This document shows positions 36,787-49,267 of a stretch of DNA of 64,000 bases, piece by piece; position 1 is the stretch's first letter, and every line of letters starts with the position of its first letter. Source of the stretch: Octopus sinensis (Eukaryota); assembly GCF_006345805.1 (NCBI RefSeq), contig NC_043007.1, positions 50,964,001 to 51,028,000 of the forward strand. Direction: 5' to 3'. A program made the position numbers and the translations under genes. The notes beneath the pieces were generated by a model. It was not told the DNA's origin. It worked only from the letters and a program-made list of their open reading frames with translations, and searched no databases.

Positions 36787-36861
<75 letters not shown>

Positions 36862-37560
36862 TGTGTGTGTGTGTGTGTGTGCGTGTGTGTGTGCGTGTGT
36901 GTGTGTGTGTGTGTATGCATATATATATATTGTTTATATTACTATTTGATTGAAAACCACGCATCCATTTCCAAGTAAGCTTATCTTACCCTTTTTGATG
37001 CGACTCTACTCTATGTTTTCTTCCCCATCCTTCTCTAATTTCCTTTTTCTCCTCTTCACTTTTTTCTACCTGTCTCTCTCTCTCCCTCTTTCTCTTTTCC
37101 ATCTCTCGTTGCACAAACGTGACCATCGTCCATCTTTCTATTCCTCGCGTGACCATCTTTCTTCTCCTCCAGGACGTTCGAAGGATTGGTCGTCTTCTGT
37201 CTCTCTCTTCTATCTTTTCTCTTATCAAAGAAAATATTTCTCCAGCATTCGCTATTTTACCCTCGTTCTAGTCTAACGACCCTCCATGTTTGTTTTCGTT
37301 CGGTTTCATTGTATATCTCCACTGTCCTGTTTTTGTTCCCAAATTTGACCCTCCATAAATCCAAAATTTTATTTTTTATGGGAGCAACTGCATTCGAAGA
37401 CTCATATAATCGTTCAATGTTCGAAATGAGAAGTAGATAGACACCCGACAACTGATGAAGGGTCGTTCTTTGTGTTACTTGTCCTGTTTTCCATTTGTTT
37501 TTCTCGTTGTTTGCGTATTGAACTTATTTGTTTTCGTATTCCATGTTGTTTACATATTAT
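36640..37560 (+). repeat. Two copies (36640-36780, 37425-37560) of a dispersed repeat, possibly PLE pLTR-derived
   Basis: Shared GAGAAGTAGA...GAAGGG..GTTCTTTG.GTTACTTGTCCTGTTTTCCATTT...TTGCGTATT; the second copy has CTGATGAAGGG. Confidence 0.6.
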
Positions 37561-37954
37561 CCTGAAAATAATATGTGTTTGTGTGTGTGTGTACATATGT
37601 ATATATATGTGTGTGTATGTAGCTCTCTCTTTCTTTCTCTCTATCTGTGTGTGTGTATGTGAAAAAATACGAGAGTCGAGTGTGTCGTGAAACGCGACAC
37701 GACTTGCCATTTCCGAGAAGTAAGGCCTCTGTAGTTGCTGTAGGAAAGGAATAGTGATGAAACAATATGTCTGAGGGCCAGAGACTGGAGTTTGTCTGCG
37801 AGTCTGGATTTCTTTCAGATATGGCCCGAGTTTCTCAATTATTTGTTGGTTACGTTAAAGCGGTTGATATTCTTCTGAATTGTGTTTTTCAGCTATTAAA
37901 GAAAACAAGAATCTCCTGGCTTCGGTGAAGAATGTTTTTCAGGTATCTCTTCAG

Positions 37955-37990
<36 letters not shown>

Positions 37991-38590
37991 GTGGGGAGAG
38001 AAAGTAGATTTGATTTGAGGAGTTAAGCTTACATGTACATCAACTATTCAGAAGGCTAGAGAGGAATTACGGGTGGTGTTATCTGGGTAGGAATCAGTCT
38101 TGTTATAAGTGGGGATAAGTAGGTCGTTGGTGCTCAGGAAAGAAAAATGTAGGGGGCTATAACATGAGTTGATAGTATGTCAACCAGAGGGAACCATATC
38201 AACACACGTAGTGATATTGCAATCTGACAGGAAGACATAGAGCCAAGAGAGAAATGGATGGAGAATATAGTAAGACAGTTTCGACGGAATATTTCCGTAT
38301 CAAATACGGTGGTATGTCTGAGAGCATGTGTATGTGTGTGTGTGTTTGGGGGGTGGTGTTTGTGCGTGTGTGTGCGTCTTTTAGTATGTTAGTACACACA
38401 CACACACACACATACATCGAAAGGTGAGAATGAATGATTAATGCCGCATTGGTGAATAAATATTCATTTCTGGGTTAACCAGGCTACCACTGGTTTCAAG
38501 TTAAGTGAGTTATATTTTCTAACAATTTTAAGCCAACTGTATGAGACGTTGGTGTCTACTTCTATCTTGGATAAAAACATGAGAAAAAGA

Positions 38591-38622
<32 letters not shown>

Positions 38623-39307
38623 CGTGTGTGTGTACCTATACACACACACGAACATTTTTTTCATGGTAAATGTGAGAAAAGGTACTCAATATATTATCGT
38701 ACTGCATAATTATGAAATTAAATGCATTCGAAAGATGATAGTTAGTGACTGAAGAACTTATATTACATTGTCTTTTAAGGTGAAGCCAGACAACTGAAAA
38801 TAGCTCTTCCTTCGCTTGGAATTACATTTTCGAGTCATGCTTTCAAGTTAGCCATTTCATTTTGAGAGTAGAATTTTGAAACTATCCAGGGTAACAGATG
38901 CAAAGTAATCACATGTTTTAGTTTAGCCAATGCAATGGATTTGTCACGGTACATCATACATTTTCAAATAATTGTTGCTTGAAGAATCGACAAGTCACAG
39001 AAATCCGAATATAGGTTCAGTACGGGTCTTAAGAGTAAATAAAACTAGTGAATTACTCTCGTGATGATGTGTAAGAGTTAGCCAAGACGCCATTGGTTAG
39101 CAACATGATCGGTATTTGGATAGTTAAAGATGATAAACCAAGGCCAGAATAGTAGCTGGTGTTGGAAGAGAAACAGTGCTATGCACAGGTGGAGGTGGCG
39201 AGTATAACATTGTTGTCTATATAAATGGGTAAATGGTGGAATGATGGTGTTTTAGCTGACTAGATGGCTGATATTTTGAAAGATCATTTAAAATATTTTA
39301 AAATATT

Positions 39308-39344
<37 letters not shown>

Positions 39345-39802
39345 GTATATGCATTTATGCACGCGCATACATATATGTGAAATACACTCACATATGCTTA
39401 GGTAAAATACACACAAACATAAGTTAGATAACGCAGATACATTAATTATATAACAGCTAGCTAAACACATCTCACACATGCGTAAAGATAGATATGCACA
39501 TATAGACAGGCAGTGTACGAGCATACATATGCATACACTTATCTACATATACATACATACACACACCGCTATCACGAAACCGATCTGAGTACTTTGTAAA
39601 TAGATAAATGACTTCACATGAAATAAATCTCGTTTCAGTTATGTCTGAGATGAAGAGAGTTATAATGAAACAGATAAAGAGAGAGAGAGAGAGAGAGAGG
39701 GGGGGAGAAGAATACAAGGAGAGAGAATGGAGAGAGGGAAATCGAAGAAGGGAGTAATTGCAGCTACGGATTGGAAAGAAAAAGTGTGAGCGTCGAAAAG
39801 AC

Positions 39803-39837
<35 letters not shown>

Positions 39838-39903
39838 TCAGTGGTGCGTTCGCTTGTATATGTGAGTGAAAGAGTCAAACAGACGGATAACTAGCTAGCT
39901 TAC

Positions 39904-39939
<36 letters not shown>

Positions 39940-40863
39940 CAGATAGACAGACAGCAGCTGGAGTGAGGATTAAAGAGAGTTGGCATTTGAATGGACGAAC
40001 GCGAGTAAAAGTCTATAAATGAGACAGACAGACAGACAGACTACCAGTCAGACAGAGAGAGAGAGAGTAAAAGACAGACAGGAGACAAGAGACAGACAGA
40101 TAGGGAAAGAAGAGAAGTGGGTCATAAAATGCAACAAGGGATACGGGGATGAGGAGTGACCTATTCAGAGTGAAACTCTAAATACAATAGAGACGATAAG
40201 TGAAAGAAATGGGAAGATGTGTCTGAAAGATAAATGTTAAAGAGAGTAAGAAATAGAGATTGGAATAAAGAATAAAGAGTTGATAAGACTAAAGTAAAGA
40301 TAGATGACTATAACATTGTGTAGCATAATTATGATAGTAAGACAGAGAGAGGTCAGATATTTTCAGCTGTGATTTATGATTTATTTATTGGTGAAGCAGG
40401 AACACCGCTAAAATAAATAGTCTAAAAATGCCAGGACTTTTTTATATTTTATATATAAGTCCGGCACAAGAAATACGTTTAAAGAGTAGAAATGGAAACA
40501 TTCCAGTGTAAACAACTGTCCGATGTTAACGCTAACAGACTTGATATTGTTCTCTGGGATTTGAGGAAGGGAAATGTCATGTTTTCTGTTACACAACACA
40601 CACACGCACACAACACACACATACACACACACACACGCACGCGCATACACTCACAAAATACACACACAACACACACATATATTTTTATCCATATTTAAAC
40701 AGAGAGTGGGGAGTCGATAACTTGATGTCGATAACTTGATTAAAGTGCAGAGAAAAGCAGCCACGGCTAAGTAACTGATGCGGAACATGGGCCACCGCGC
40801 GCGTGCATATGTGGATACACGCATGTGAATATACATTCACATATCCACGTACATATATGTGCA

Positions 40864-40910
<47 letters not shown>

Positions 40911-42462
40911 ATATGTGTATATGTAGAAATATGTATATGTATATGTGTGTATATATATATGTAGATATATATATATTTATACACACACACATGTATACAC
41001 TGGTATGAGATTCTATGTACGATAGTCTACAAAGTCGAGGTGTTCATAACTAGATTTTATTTTGTCGCGGACACTAGAGTGGGATAAGACTTGCTGTTTT
41101 GCGGTTAAGAGGTTCACTTTGCAATGACATGTTTGCAGGTTCGATCCATTTGCACTATATCATGAAGACATATACCTTTTTCATCAGGTCCATGCTAAAT
41201 AGACCAAAACTATGTAAGAGCATTCCATGAACTTTACCAGTTTCTTAGATGTAAAACGTGGTTTAGCACCAGCACCACTACCTAAACTTATATGGTCACT
41301 ATGAGATTGTAATAGTGGCGTAGAGGTGCTGGAGTTCGTGTGGTGGTATTACTGGTTTAACGGAGTTGTTGGTGGTGGTTGTATTGGTGATGATATTAGT
41401 AGTGATGCTAGTAGAAATGCAGCGGTAGAGGAAAGAACATTGGTGCTCGTGGTGTGGTGATATGGTTGTTAGAGGTGATGTTGGTTATAATGTTGGAGAT
41501 AGTGATGGTATTGGTGCTGGAGATAATGGCGATGCTGGTTACGAAAGATTGATAGAATTAATAGAATAGAATTTGCTGTTTAACCCAAAGTCATAGCTGG
41601 TCAAGCAATACCGTTCCAACCATGATCAACTAGTTTATATCTCAGTCACAGTAATACATTGTAACCCTCCTTTTATGAAACGGTAAGTTATGATCTGGAA
41701 GATATTTTGTTGCTATTTCTAAATATTTCATCAGATGTTTCCTTGACAGCTTAATGTAAAGTTTATTAGGTGCAAGATGGTATGGTGGATGAGGGTTCAA
41801 TTTCCTTGTGTGTGTGAGTGTGCGTGCGTGTATCTTTCATTAATCTAATTATTATCAGAGATGTATGCATATTTTAGTACACTGTGTAATTGTAAACCTT
41901 TAATTATATTAAGTTCAAGTGCTAATATAAACATACATATTCATCAGACACAGTTTATACACACAAACAGACACATACACAACTGTAGTTACATACACAT
42001 TAGTACATTTTTGTGTATGTGTGTGTAATTACATGCATAAACAGTGAAACAAACACACCCAGATACACACGTATATGTATATACACACTCAGATATACAT
42101 ACACTTGTATATAGACATATAAAGACGGACATAACACAACACATACACTTATAAGTAGACGCAGTCACACATACAATATTGAAAGACACACAAGCACAAT
42201 CAGGCATAGACAGATAATGTCATATATACACTCATAAATATACACATTGTTACAAGAACACAAAGACAGTCACAAGCACATACACACAGGAACGCGTAAG
42301 GCTTTTTTGAACACTATATCATTCTCGTATTGCCGAATACTGAGTGTTTGGTTTCTTTTGTGAGACATTCTAAGTAATTTGAAGAAGTTATCACGATTCA
42401 AAGATGTGAATCTTTGCAGCTCTGGAAAGATAGGAGTTGCTATTTAAATGAAGTGACTCTAC

Positions 42463-42585
42463 CAGGAATTGAAACTCTTTCGCCGGCACATCTTCCTGAG
42501 ATTTTACCACAACTGCACGATAATAATGCTTAAAAATACCTTGGCCATTTCTAAAAAACGGCTTCTTTAGTTTCACTGGTACCAG
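42463..42585 (-). other. Candidate exon (unverified)
   Basis: Acceptor TTCTAATTGCATTCTTTTAAAG|; open frame LVPVKLKKPFFRNGQGIFKHYYRAVVVKSQEDVPAKEFQFL; donors CAAG|GTATTT (46 nt) or CTG|GTAGAG (123 nt). Confidence 0.2.
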
Positions 42586-43605
42586 CTTTAAAAGAATGCA
42601 ATTAGAACGCTGATTGTTTCAATCGGACTGGTACGAGGAACGAAAATCGAAACTGCGCTGCAATCACAGATTTTCGGGAAATTACAAAAATTATACTGTT
42701 TGTGTAGGTTATTCCGAACATCACCACCACGCTGAAGCATAGATGCACAGGTACACACACACGTTCAGACAGGTACAGAAACAAACAGATACATACACAT
42801 AACGAAATGTGTGGGACCAATGATGCATTCAATTTCCGGTCACTTAGTCTGTTAGAAACGGCAACCGTATCATTCTCAAAACATACCTGCCATCTTCAAG
42901 AAAGGACGTATAGCGTAATGTAATTAATATTAGTATTGACTGGGATTGTTACACCTTAGCTATTTGGGATTGTAAGGTCTCTTGAATAGTTCTTAGCTGC
43001 AGTTAAAGAACAGCAATAACAACAACGTTATTAAGTGTAGTTGGTAGGAACTGACTGAAGGAAAATGCAATCTAAATTCTGAATCGTGAAAGATTTTAAC
43101 AAACAATAGTTTTTATCAATAATTTTGACGGCTTCATTCTTAAAAATAAAATTCATCTATTGGTGTTTAACTTAGTTTAACACCAATGGAGCAGACTTAT
43201 GAACGAGAGAATTCTAGATGTGACCTTACTGCTTTTCTTTCTAGCAGTGCATATCTAAGACTATATCATTTAATATAGGATATAAGATAGGATAATGTGA
43301 TTTGATGGAAATTTGGCTACTGTTTCCAGCAGATAGATCAGCAATGTAAGGCTTCCATGTTTCTGTCAGAAAAAGTCCCATTGATTGATAACGTTTGCAC
43401 CTAAAGCAATGGTCATTTTCGTTTTCTGTTTGTTTTGTCGTCTGTTTTATTAAAACTATTACTAAAGACAGTCCAACCTTGAATATCCAGTCTTTTGATT
43501 TTCACACAAAATGTCGTATGAAAAACTAAATTATCTAATGTGTCTGTTCATTGTAAGGGAAGATTTGGTTGTTGTGTCTAACACATCAAGCTACAGTCTA
43601 GGGGC

Positions 43606-43676
43606 TCAATCAGTCTAGGTTCATTCATAATTGCTACTTCAATCAGTCTAGGTTCATTCATAATTGCTACTTCAAT
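43606..43676. repeat. Perfect 33-bp tandem duplication
   Basis: TCAATCAGTCTAGGTTCATTCATAATTGCTACT twice, plus TCAAT. Confidence 0.9.
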
Positions 43677-44022
43677 ATTCTAGGCTTTCACACCGGTGGT
43701 TGTTATTTGTTTGAAAATATGAAAACTCAGGAATAAATGCTTGCTCAAAATAACCTTGAGACTTGGAAGAGGATAAATCTTAGCTACAAATAAATATTAG
43801 ATCCCCGTCGCTATTGCTGTTGTTTAGTCTCAGATCATTACTAATTGAAAAGGTCACCGTCTAGTCATCATAACAATGAGGTCAATAGCAGTCATTTAAT
43901 TCAATTCACAATGCTACTCCGAATTTAGAGAATGTGGCAACTCGAAACTCGGAGGGTAGCGATCTATAAAGATAGCGTTCAATAAAATTTGCACACGCAC
44001 ACACACACATACGTGTATATAT

Positions 44023-44076
<54 letters not shown>

Positions 44077-44291
44077 TCAATTTAGGGTAGTAAAAAATTC
44101 GATAAAAATTTATCACTACCAGCGGCCCAGTGGAAAAGAAAAATAGTCATGAGACTAAAATGTAAATATATAACAATTTAGGAATGGCCTTAACAGGCCA
44201 TTCGTCCACTAGACAGAGCAGCCATAACTCCAACCGCCAAGTAATGTAATTCGGAAATAGGTGAAAAATTAAAAACGTTTACCCTAATTCA

Positions 44292-44391
44292 TCTTTTAGA
44301 CGATGCATCGTTTCTGCGTTTTTAATGATAGACCAGCTTAATTAAATTAAATTAAGCTAATCTACCATAGGTCACGCTTCGTCAGTAAAGA
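44292..44391 (-). ncRNA. Hammerhead ribozyme with elongated stem II (mirror copy)
   Basis: Reverse complement of 44756-44855. Confidence 0.75.
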
Positions 44392-44755
44392 AACCTTTGG
44401 TAGAGGCAAATATACACGAGGCTACTGCATCGAAGCCTCTGGAATATCTGTCTTAAAATTCCGAAGACCAGCGCAATCGCGCCAACCTTATCAGCAGCAA
44501 TATAAACTGCCGATTCAATCTCAGAATTAGTCAGAAAATAATCAATTAATCAATTTAGGGTAGTAAAAAATTCGATAGAAATTTATCACTACCAGCGGCC
44601 CAGTGGAAAAGAAAAATAGTCATGAGACTAAAATGTAAATATATAACAATTTAGGAATGGCCTTAACAGGCCATTCGTCCACTAGACAGAGCAGCCATAA
44701 CTCCAACCGCCAAGTAATGCAGTAGCCTCGTGTATATTTGCCTCTACCAAAGGTT

Positions 44756-44855
44756 TCTTTACTGACGAAGCGTGACCTATGGTAGATTAGCTTAATTTAA
44801 TTTAATTAAGCTGGTCTATCATTAAAAACGCAGAAACGATGCATCGTCTAAAAGA
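44756..44855 (+). ncRNA. Type I hammerhead ribozyme with a 64-nt stem II
   Basis: Stem I TCTTTA/TAAAAGA; CTGACGA 44762-44768; GAAA 44833-44836; stem III ACGA-TGCA-TCGT; GTC triplet 44846-44848. Confidence 0.75.
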
Positions 44856-45788
44856 TGAATTAGGGTAAACGTTTTTAATTTTTCACCTATTTCCGAATTA
44901 CATTACTTGGCGGTTGGAGTTATGGCTGCTCTGTCTAGTGGACGAATGGCCTGTTAAGGCCATTCCTAAATTGTTATATATATATATACATATATATATG
45001 TGTGTGTGTGTGCGTGTATGTGTTGGTCAACTCAGTTACAATCAATGATAAACGCATAGTTCTTGTGACTTGGAAGGATATATAGATATATATACATATA
45101 TACAGACGTAGGTGTGCGTATGTCTGCGTGTGTGTGTATTGGCCTCTGTCTGTGTGTGTTTCTTTATAATTATATCTATAAGTACATGATACCTGTGTGT
45201 GCGCGTGTGTGTACGTGCGCGTATGTGTGTACGAGTGTGTTTACATGCTTGTTACTAAAATAATAATGAAGTAAATCTGACTATGTAAAAAGAAAATAAA
45301 AAGTGAACAAGAGCAACAGCCACAGCAATCTCCCCCACCCAACCCGCCCTTCCCTAACCAATATGTTGGTTATGATGACTGGATTTAACTATAAAGAGAA
45401 GCGAAAAAAGTTAAGGGCGGAGCCTGCTGGTTGATGTGGAGATACGAGGTCCGATTTGTGGGGGTGATGGTTAGGTTTTAGAGGCAATGGAACCATAGTT
45501 TTTGAGGAACGGTTGAAAATATGTTGAGATAAAGATCACAAAGAACATTATGGAAACTTCAAAAGAAGGCGCTAGTTCTTTGTTTTGTAGTTTTTCGGTT
45601 CTGTGTGTGTATGTATGTATGTATGTATGTATGTATGTATGTATGTATGTATGTATGTATGTATGCATGTATGTATGTATACATATATTACGTGTATGTG
45701 TGTGTATGTGTGTGTGTGCGTGTCTGCATGTACATATGAATGCATATACGTATACATATATGTGAGAATGCACACAACACATACACAT

Positions 45789-45852
<64 letters not shown>

Positions 45853-46623
45853 TGTATGTATGTGTCTATATACACACACACACACTCTCTTTCTCTTATA
45901 TTTTTACACATGTATGTTTGTACATGAGAGTGTTGTGTGTGCACATGATATACATTCAAACAAACATACATATAACCGGAGTGGAAGAAAAGAAATAAGA
46001 AAAAAACAAACACGAGAGAGGACAGAAGGAAGAAAAACAGAGAGAAAGAGGGCAGAAGGGAGAGAAAGTGAGAGAAAGAGAGAGTGTGTGAAAGATTGCG
46101 TATGAAAGGGGAAGGGGAGGAGATATGGTGGTTGATTGAAAAGCGGAAGGATTATTTATAGGTTCTGAGATGACAAGGGAGATAATAATGATGACCTCCA
46201 CAAACGAAGTTTATTAACTAACACAGATAATACAGAGAAAGCTTTACAGATAAGTCACATGATGTCTCTTTGTCTAAATTGGCAGCGTGGATATCTGTGT
46301 GAGCGTATGTCTGGCTATGTATTTCTATGCTTATATATGCGTGTTTGTGTAAGAATGTATATGTATTTGTTCTTGTGTCTAGCTTATTTTTTAAAAAATT
46401 CTTGTAATTTCTTTTCTTATAATCATTACAGTCATTCCTACCCTTTCTTTCCTATTACATCTCTCTGTCCATGTGCATGTTCACGTCTGTCTAATCTATC
46501 TATTTAATACATGTGTATGTGTGTGTGTGTATTAGATTGATAGATATATTACACACACACACACATATATTTTCTTATACTTGTTTCAGTCATTTGACTG
46601 CGGCTATGCTGGAGTACCGCCTA

Positions 46624-46668
<45 letters not shown>

Positions 46669-47537
46669 CATGTATGTATGTATGTATGTATGTATGAATG
46701 TTTGTATATATATATATATATATATATACATACATGTATGTATGTATGTATGTATGTATGAATGTTTGTATATATATATATATATATATACGCCTTTTTT
46801 CCATCTCTCTTCTGCTCTCTCTTTATTTATCTGTTTTTGTCCAACTGTCTGTAGTTATCTATATTTGCATGTGTTTCTCATTTGGCTCCAACTCTCTCAT
46901 TTCGTATGTGTTTCTCTCTCCTCCTCCTCTATCTCTATCTCTCTCTCATACACTATCTAGCTCTCTTTGTCCTTTCCTCTCTCTCTCTCCATCCCTGTTA
47001 TTTTCAAAACTATAACCCTAAGGTAGAATAGTGAACGTTTACAATCAACCCACAAATTCAATACTCCTGGTAGTTAGGCTATTCAAGTGTGATGGAAGAC
47101 TAACAAGAATGTCCTATGTTAGCCTCTGACCAGAGTTTTGGTCTCAATACTTGCCATATTGTGGTCTCCCCTAAAGTCACACACGGGCCAACTGGTCGGG
47201 TTAAAAGACCCTTGACTTACATACAGTGTGGTAGAATCAAATTTTATTATGATGCCAATATTTTTACCTCAGCGCTACGTCTCAATTCATATGATCGATA
47301 TTTGTGGCCATAAAATTCAATAAAACATTCACTGTATAATCAATAACAGGAATATAGTAATACATGACAAGGTAATGGATTGCACAGAAATCGCACTATA
47401 TTCCAACCATGATCAGCCATTCTTAATTGGTGAAGCGTTGTCTTAATGTTTATGTGGCCCTTGTCTTAAATTTAATTGCAGAGTAAATACGTAATGGTAA
47501 AGATTCAGATCTGTTACAGATTAGATCCAGGACAACC

Positions 47538-47760
47538 CTATCCAAGAGGACACTGAACCAAGGAATTCCAATAGAGACTTCCTACATAGATAACTACGTT
47601 GTGCAATGTATTTTTCTTGGTTTGCTTTAGCACACAAGAATGTAATTTGAAGGAGATTTGACTGCGATTCCTAACAGGGTGAGTGATAATGTTAGCCGCT
47701 CCTAATATGATTTGTGGTCTTGGCAAAACTCTTGTAAATAACATTTGGGAAAAGGGACAC
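47538..47760 (-). mobile_element. Old CR1/L2-like LINE 3' coding remnant
   Basis: THPVRNRSQ...KKNTLHNVVIYVGSLYWNSL resembles the CR1/L2 ORF2 C-terminal Y.G..LWN.LP motif. Confidence 0.4.
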
Positions 47761-48076
47761 ACTAATGGGTTTGGTAAAGATCGACATCACATACAAGTAT
47801 GTGTGTGTGTGTATGTGTGTGTAACATCCCACAAATGCCTTTAAAACCGAAAACTATTTTCTCTCTACTACAATTGCCTAACTTCTAACTTTAATTTAAC
47901 TTAATTTATTTACCTTGAGTTATGCTGTGCTAACAACTCCATAGGATGGACAACGACTAGCAATTTTAGAATCTTTATCATGTGTAGAAAAACAGAATAT
48001 TAAATAAGCATATTCTGAAAATCCTCTTTGCTCTTTGATTTACATTTCGAACTCCTAATAACACAGCACAACTTAA

Positions 48077-48150
<74 letters not shown>

Positions 48151-48153
48151 TTT

Positions 48154-48188
<35 letters not shown>

Positions 48189-48235
48189 GTCTGTCTATCT
48201 ATCTATCAATCTCTCTCTCTCTTTCTCTCTCTCTT

Positions 48236-48296
<61 letters not shown>

Positions 48297-48339
48297 AGTG
48301 TGTGTGTGTGTGTGTGTGAGTGTATACGAGTGACTAGAC

Positions 48340-49125
48340 AAACGGAAGAAGGGCAGGGTTAGTTGGCAGGGTTAGTTGGCACCATCTGTGAGAAAAACAG
48401 CACCATGGTGCAATTCACCGTGCCAGAAAGTTGGAAACGACATGCTGTACTGCTTGGCATTCGCGCCGGAAGCTCCAGTACGAACTTTTCAGAGTGTTTG
48501 GGTGTCAATCTGAGGACAGTGCAATCTCAGAACATGTACTGAGAGTGATAGGAATCAAACATCCAGTCAACATCATGGTGTTTGGAGTGATCACTAGTGA
48601 TGGTAATGTTATACCTCCATTCATCTTCCCACACGGCTTCAAAATCAACACAGAGGCTAACATCAAGTGCCTAGGGGAGGTAGTGCTGTACTAGGTCAAG
48701 AGAGTGGCTGCTGGAAGACTCTATGTTTGGCAACAGGACTCTGCACCATGCCACACAAGCAGGAGAATCCAGTATGGATATCAGACAATTTCTGCGACCA
48801 CATCACCCGAAAACATTTGGCCACCTAACTCTCCAGACTACAACTCCTTGATTATTATGTGTAGGGCACAGTTGAGCAAGAGACCAACGAAATTCCTTGT
48901 AATACCAAAGATGCACTGAAGGCAAGGATTGATCAACTTAAACAAGGAGACCGTCCAGATGAGCTGCATGAGTTTCCGAAATCGTCTGGAGGCCGTGGTT
49001 GAAGCCAATGGTGATTTTATTGAATAAGTTTACTCTTTAATATTACAAGATATTTTAAAGTTATTTTGGTAAATATATCTGTTAAAATGAGATGTCAGTG
49101 TTATTTTCGTTTTTGCATAATTCAG
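48340..49125 (+). mobile_element. Internally deleted Tc1/mariner-superfamily element (maT/DD37D-like) with pseudogenised transposase
   Basis: VMVFGVITSDGNVIPPFIFPHG, YVWQQDSAPCHTS, WPPNSPDYNSLDY motifs with stops and frameshifts; ends approximate. Confidence 0.75.
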
Positions 49126-49140
49126 ACGACTGCTTATTAA

Positions 49141-49190
49141 TCTCAGCAATGACACCCCGGTCACGCGCCATTTCACGCCGTGAACAGGAA

Positions 49191-49267
<77 letters not shown>

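Larger units (their letters stand above)
44073..44981. mobile_element. ORF-less PLE pLTR/retrozyme-like insertion: 473-bp unit, 174-bp direct repeat and 265-bp inverted repeat, inside (TA)n
   Basis: 44073-44246 equals 44546-44719 (1 mismatch); 44166-44430 is the reverse complement of 44717-44981; TA arrays flank both ends. Confidence 0.85.

Noticed and set aside
37415-37470. Hammerhead around CTGATGAAGGG at 37452
   Set aside because: No correctly placed GAAA or stem II could be assembled.
37893-37942. 50-nt plus-strand exon candidate (IKENKNLLASVKNVFQ)
   Set aside because: No supporting neighbours, and the minus strand of 37700-38200 looks like decayed retroelement coding sequence.
41300-41550. 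Gly/Val- or Thr/His-rich coding segment
   Set aside because: Degenerate GGT/GAT trinucleotide low complexity with stops; no splice support.
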